From Camelus ferus (taxonomy: Eukaryota), in the NCBI RefSeq assembly GCF_009834535.1, contig NC_045697.1:17486001-17550000 (forward strand): a DNA stretch of 64,000 nt, read 5' to 3'. Shown here piece by piece: positions 62,763 through 64,000 of the stretch (its first letter is position 1; every line of letters starts with the position of its first letter). Made by a program: the position numbers and the translations under genes. Below the pieces are notes generated by a model that had not been told where the DNA came from, made no database searches, and was given only the letters and a program-made list of their open reading frames with translations.

Positions 62763-63644
62763 GAGGCTTCTCTCCCTGCTCAGCAATTTTGCGAATGATA
62801 AAGGTATTTCCCAAATTCCTACAAGACCTCTCCTTCTCCCCTCCCCAGCTCCACTGGCTGAAATGTTTAGTCACTGTTTGTCATGCCCTTGGGTGTGGCT
62901 TGCAAGGTGGAGGAAACCAGGATCACCCAGGGAAGTGAAAAGAAAAAAAAAAAAAAAAGATACAGCTTCCTGGGCTATATCCCAGAGCTGTGAATTCCAA
63001 AGGGAGAAGAGAGAATCTATTTGCAACAAGCTTCCCAGTAATTCTAAGGCTGGAGCCACTGGCCAGGCACGAGATGAGCACCAACTCCCTGGGGCCCCGT
63101 GGCCTCCCACATCTGCCTCTGTGCGAAGCCTGTGGGCCCCCTTCCCGAATGGCAGAGACAGGGCCAGTGAGGCAGTGTCCCTGGGCAAGTTACAGGGGTT
63201 GGCATCTCCACAACCAGGGCAACGCTCTTCTTGACTTCTTGGCGTGAAAGCGAGTTGGAAGCAGTGGGGTCCAAAGGCAGGCTGGTTTTGATTAAGGCTA
63301 AATGAAGGTTCTGCCTCTCTTTTTGAAAATTATTCTCTATTCACAGGCAAGAGCAGTCTTGTGTGTTTGCTTTTATATACTGACTAGAAGTGCCCATGAG
63401 AGCTTTTCAGTCACCTGGGGCAGACTCACTTTCCAGCCTTTCCAGGCTTTGCCACCCTGGTTCCTCAGACTTTTAAGGCAGTGAGTCAAACTGAACCTTA
63501 GCCAGAAACCCATCCCCAGTGGTTATTTTTACCTTTTACAGGACTAATGTGTTATTTAAAAACCTTTCCTTGAACCCAACTGACAACTGAGAAGAAAGGC
63601 TATTGCCTCGTGAATTTGCTCCACCAACTGGTTCTCACTGGTTT

Positions 63645-64000
63645 TGAAACTGAGCAGGACTCTGCGGGGCCTTCTTCGTGGACCCCTCGTGTTCCCATCC
63701 TCTGGTTTATGGAAAACCTTTAGCCTCCTAGGCGTTCCTCGAGTTCCAAAGAGCAAATTTAATCAGAGAAGTGAGAAGGTGCAGAAACGAAGGAAAAGAG
63801 CCAAGCAAGACAAAATAATAATACTTTAGCCATCAAACAAAATTAAGGACCTTTAGTTCCTCCTCAGGGGCTATAGATAATATTCTTTGAGTTGTTTTGC
63901 AGATACTAAACCCCCACCACGTGAAAAAAGTTAACAGCATGCTAACCTCAAGCATGTAGACCCTGGACCATTTGGAACCAGAAGGTTGATGATGGAGATT
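63645..64000 (+). mobile_element. ERV1-type LTR (cetartiodactyl), 5' part, runs off the window
   Basis: Starts 'tgaaactgagcaggac' and contains 'tagataatattctttgagttgttttgcagatactaaaccccc', resembling recalled artiodactyl ERV1 LTRs. Confidence 0.6.

Noticed and set aside
62596..63234. 212-aa ORF spanning the poly(A) site
   Set aside because: It crosses the ATTAAA signal and an A-run, has no recognisable domain, and begins at a non-ATG start.

Overview
Mammalian genomic DNA, most likely camelid (Camelus/Vicugna/Lama). The species call is inferred from two tRNA-derived SINEs with an AATAAA-repeat/CTAATTACC(T)CCCC tail, cetartiodactyl-type L1 3' ends, and no Alu, Bov-A/BovB, PRE1 or Can-SINE that I could recognise. 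About 57 kb of repeat-rich intergenic DNA (L1, L2, L3/CR1, MIR, MaLR/ERVL/ERV1 LTRs, hAT MITEs) precedes the only supportable gene, SOD3 (extracellular Cu/Zn superoxide dismutase, + strand). It has a TATA-less promoter near 57.3 kb, a non-coding exon ending at 57559, a 3617-bp intron, and a CpG-island exon from 61177 holding the whole 243-aa CDS (61193-61924). The 3'UTR carries a ~19-20-nt C-rich minisatellite and an ATTAAA poly(A) signal at 62704. No prokaryote-type or clearly novel multi-gene system is present. The best leads are the DICE-like 3'UTR array, three SOD3 substitutions relative to human (HKKRRR heparin-binding cluster, extra N-glycan sequon, extra Cys), an orphan ~360-bp insert inside an MLT2 LTR, a twin-primed L1, nested insertions with readable TSDs, and motif-dense non-repeat blocks that may be enhancers. 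Repeat families were recognised by eye from recalled consensus sequences and their boundaries are approximate.
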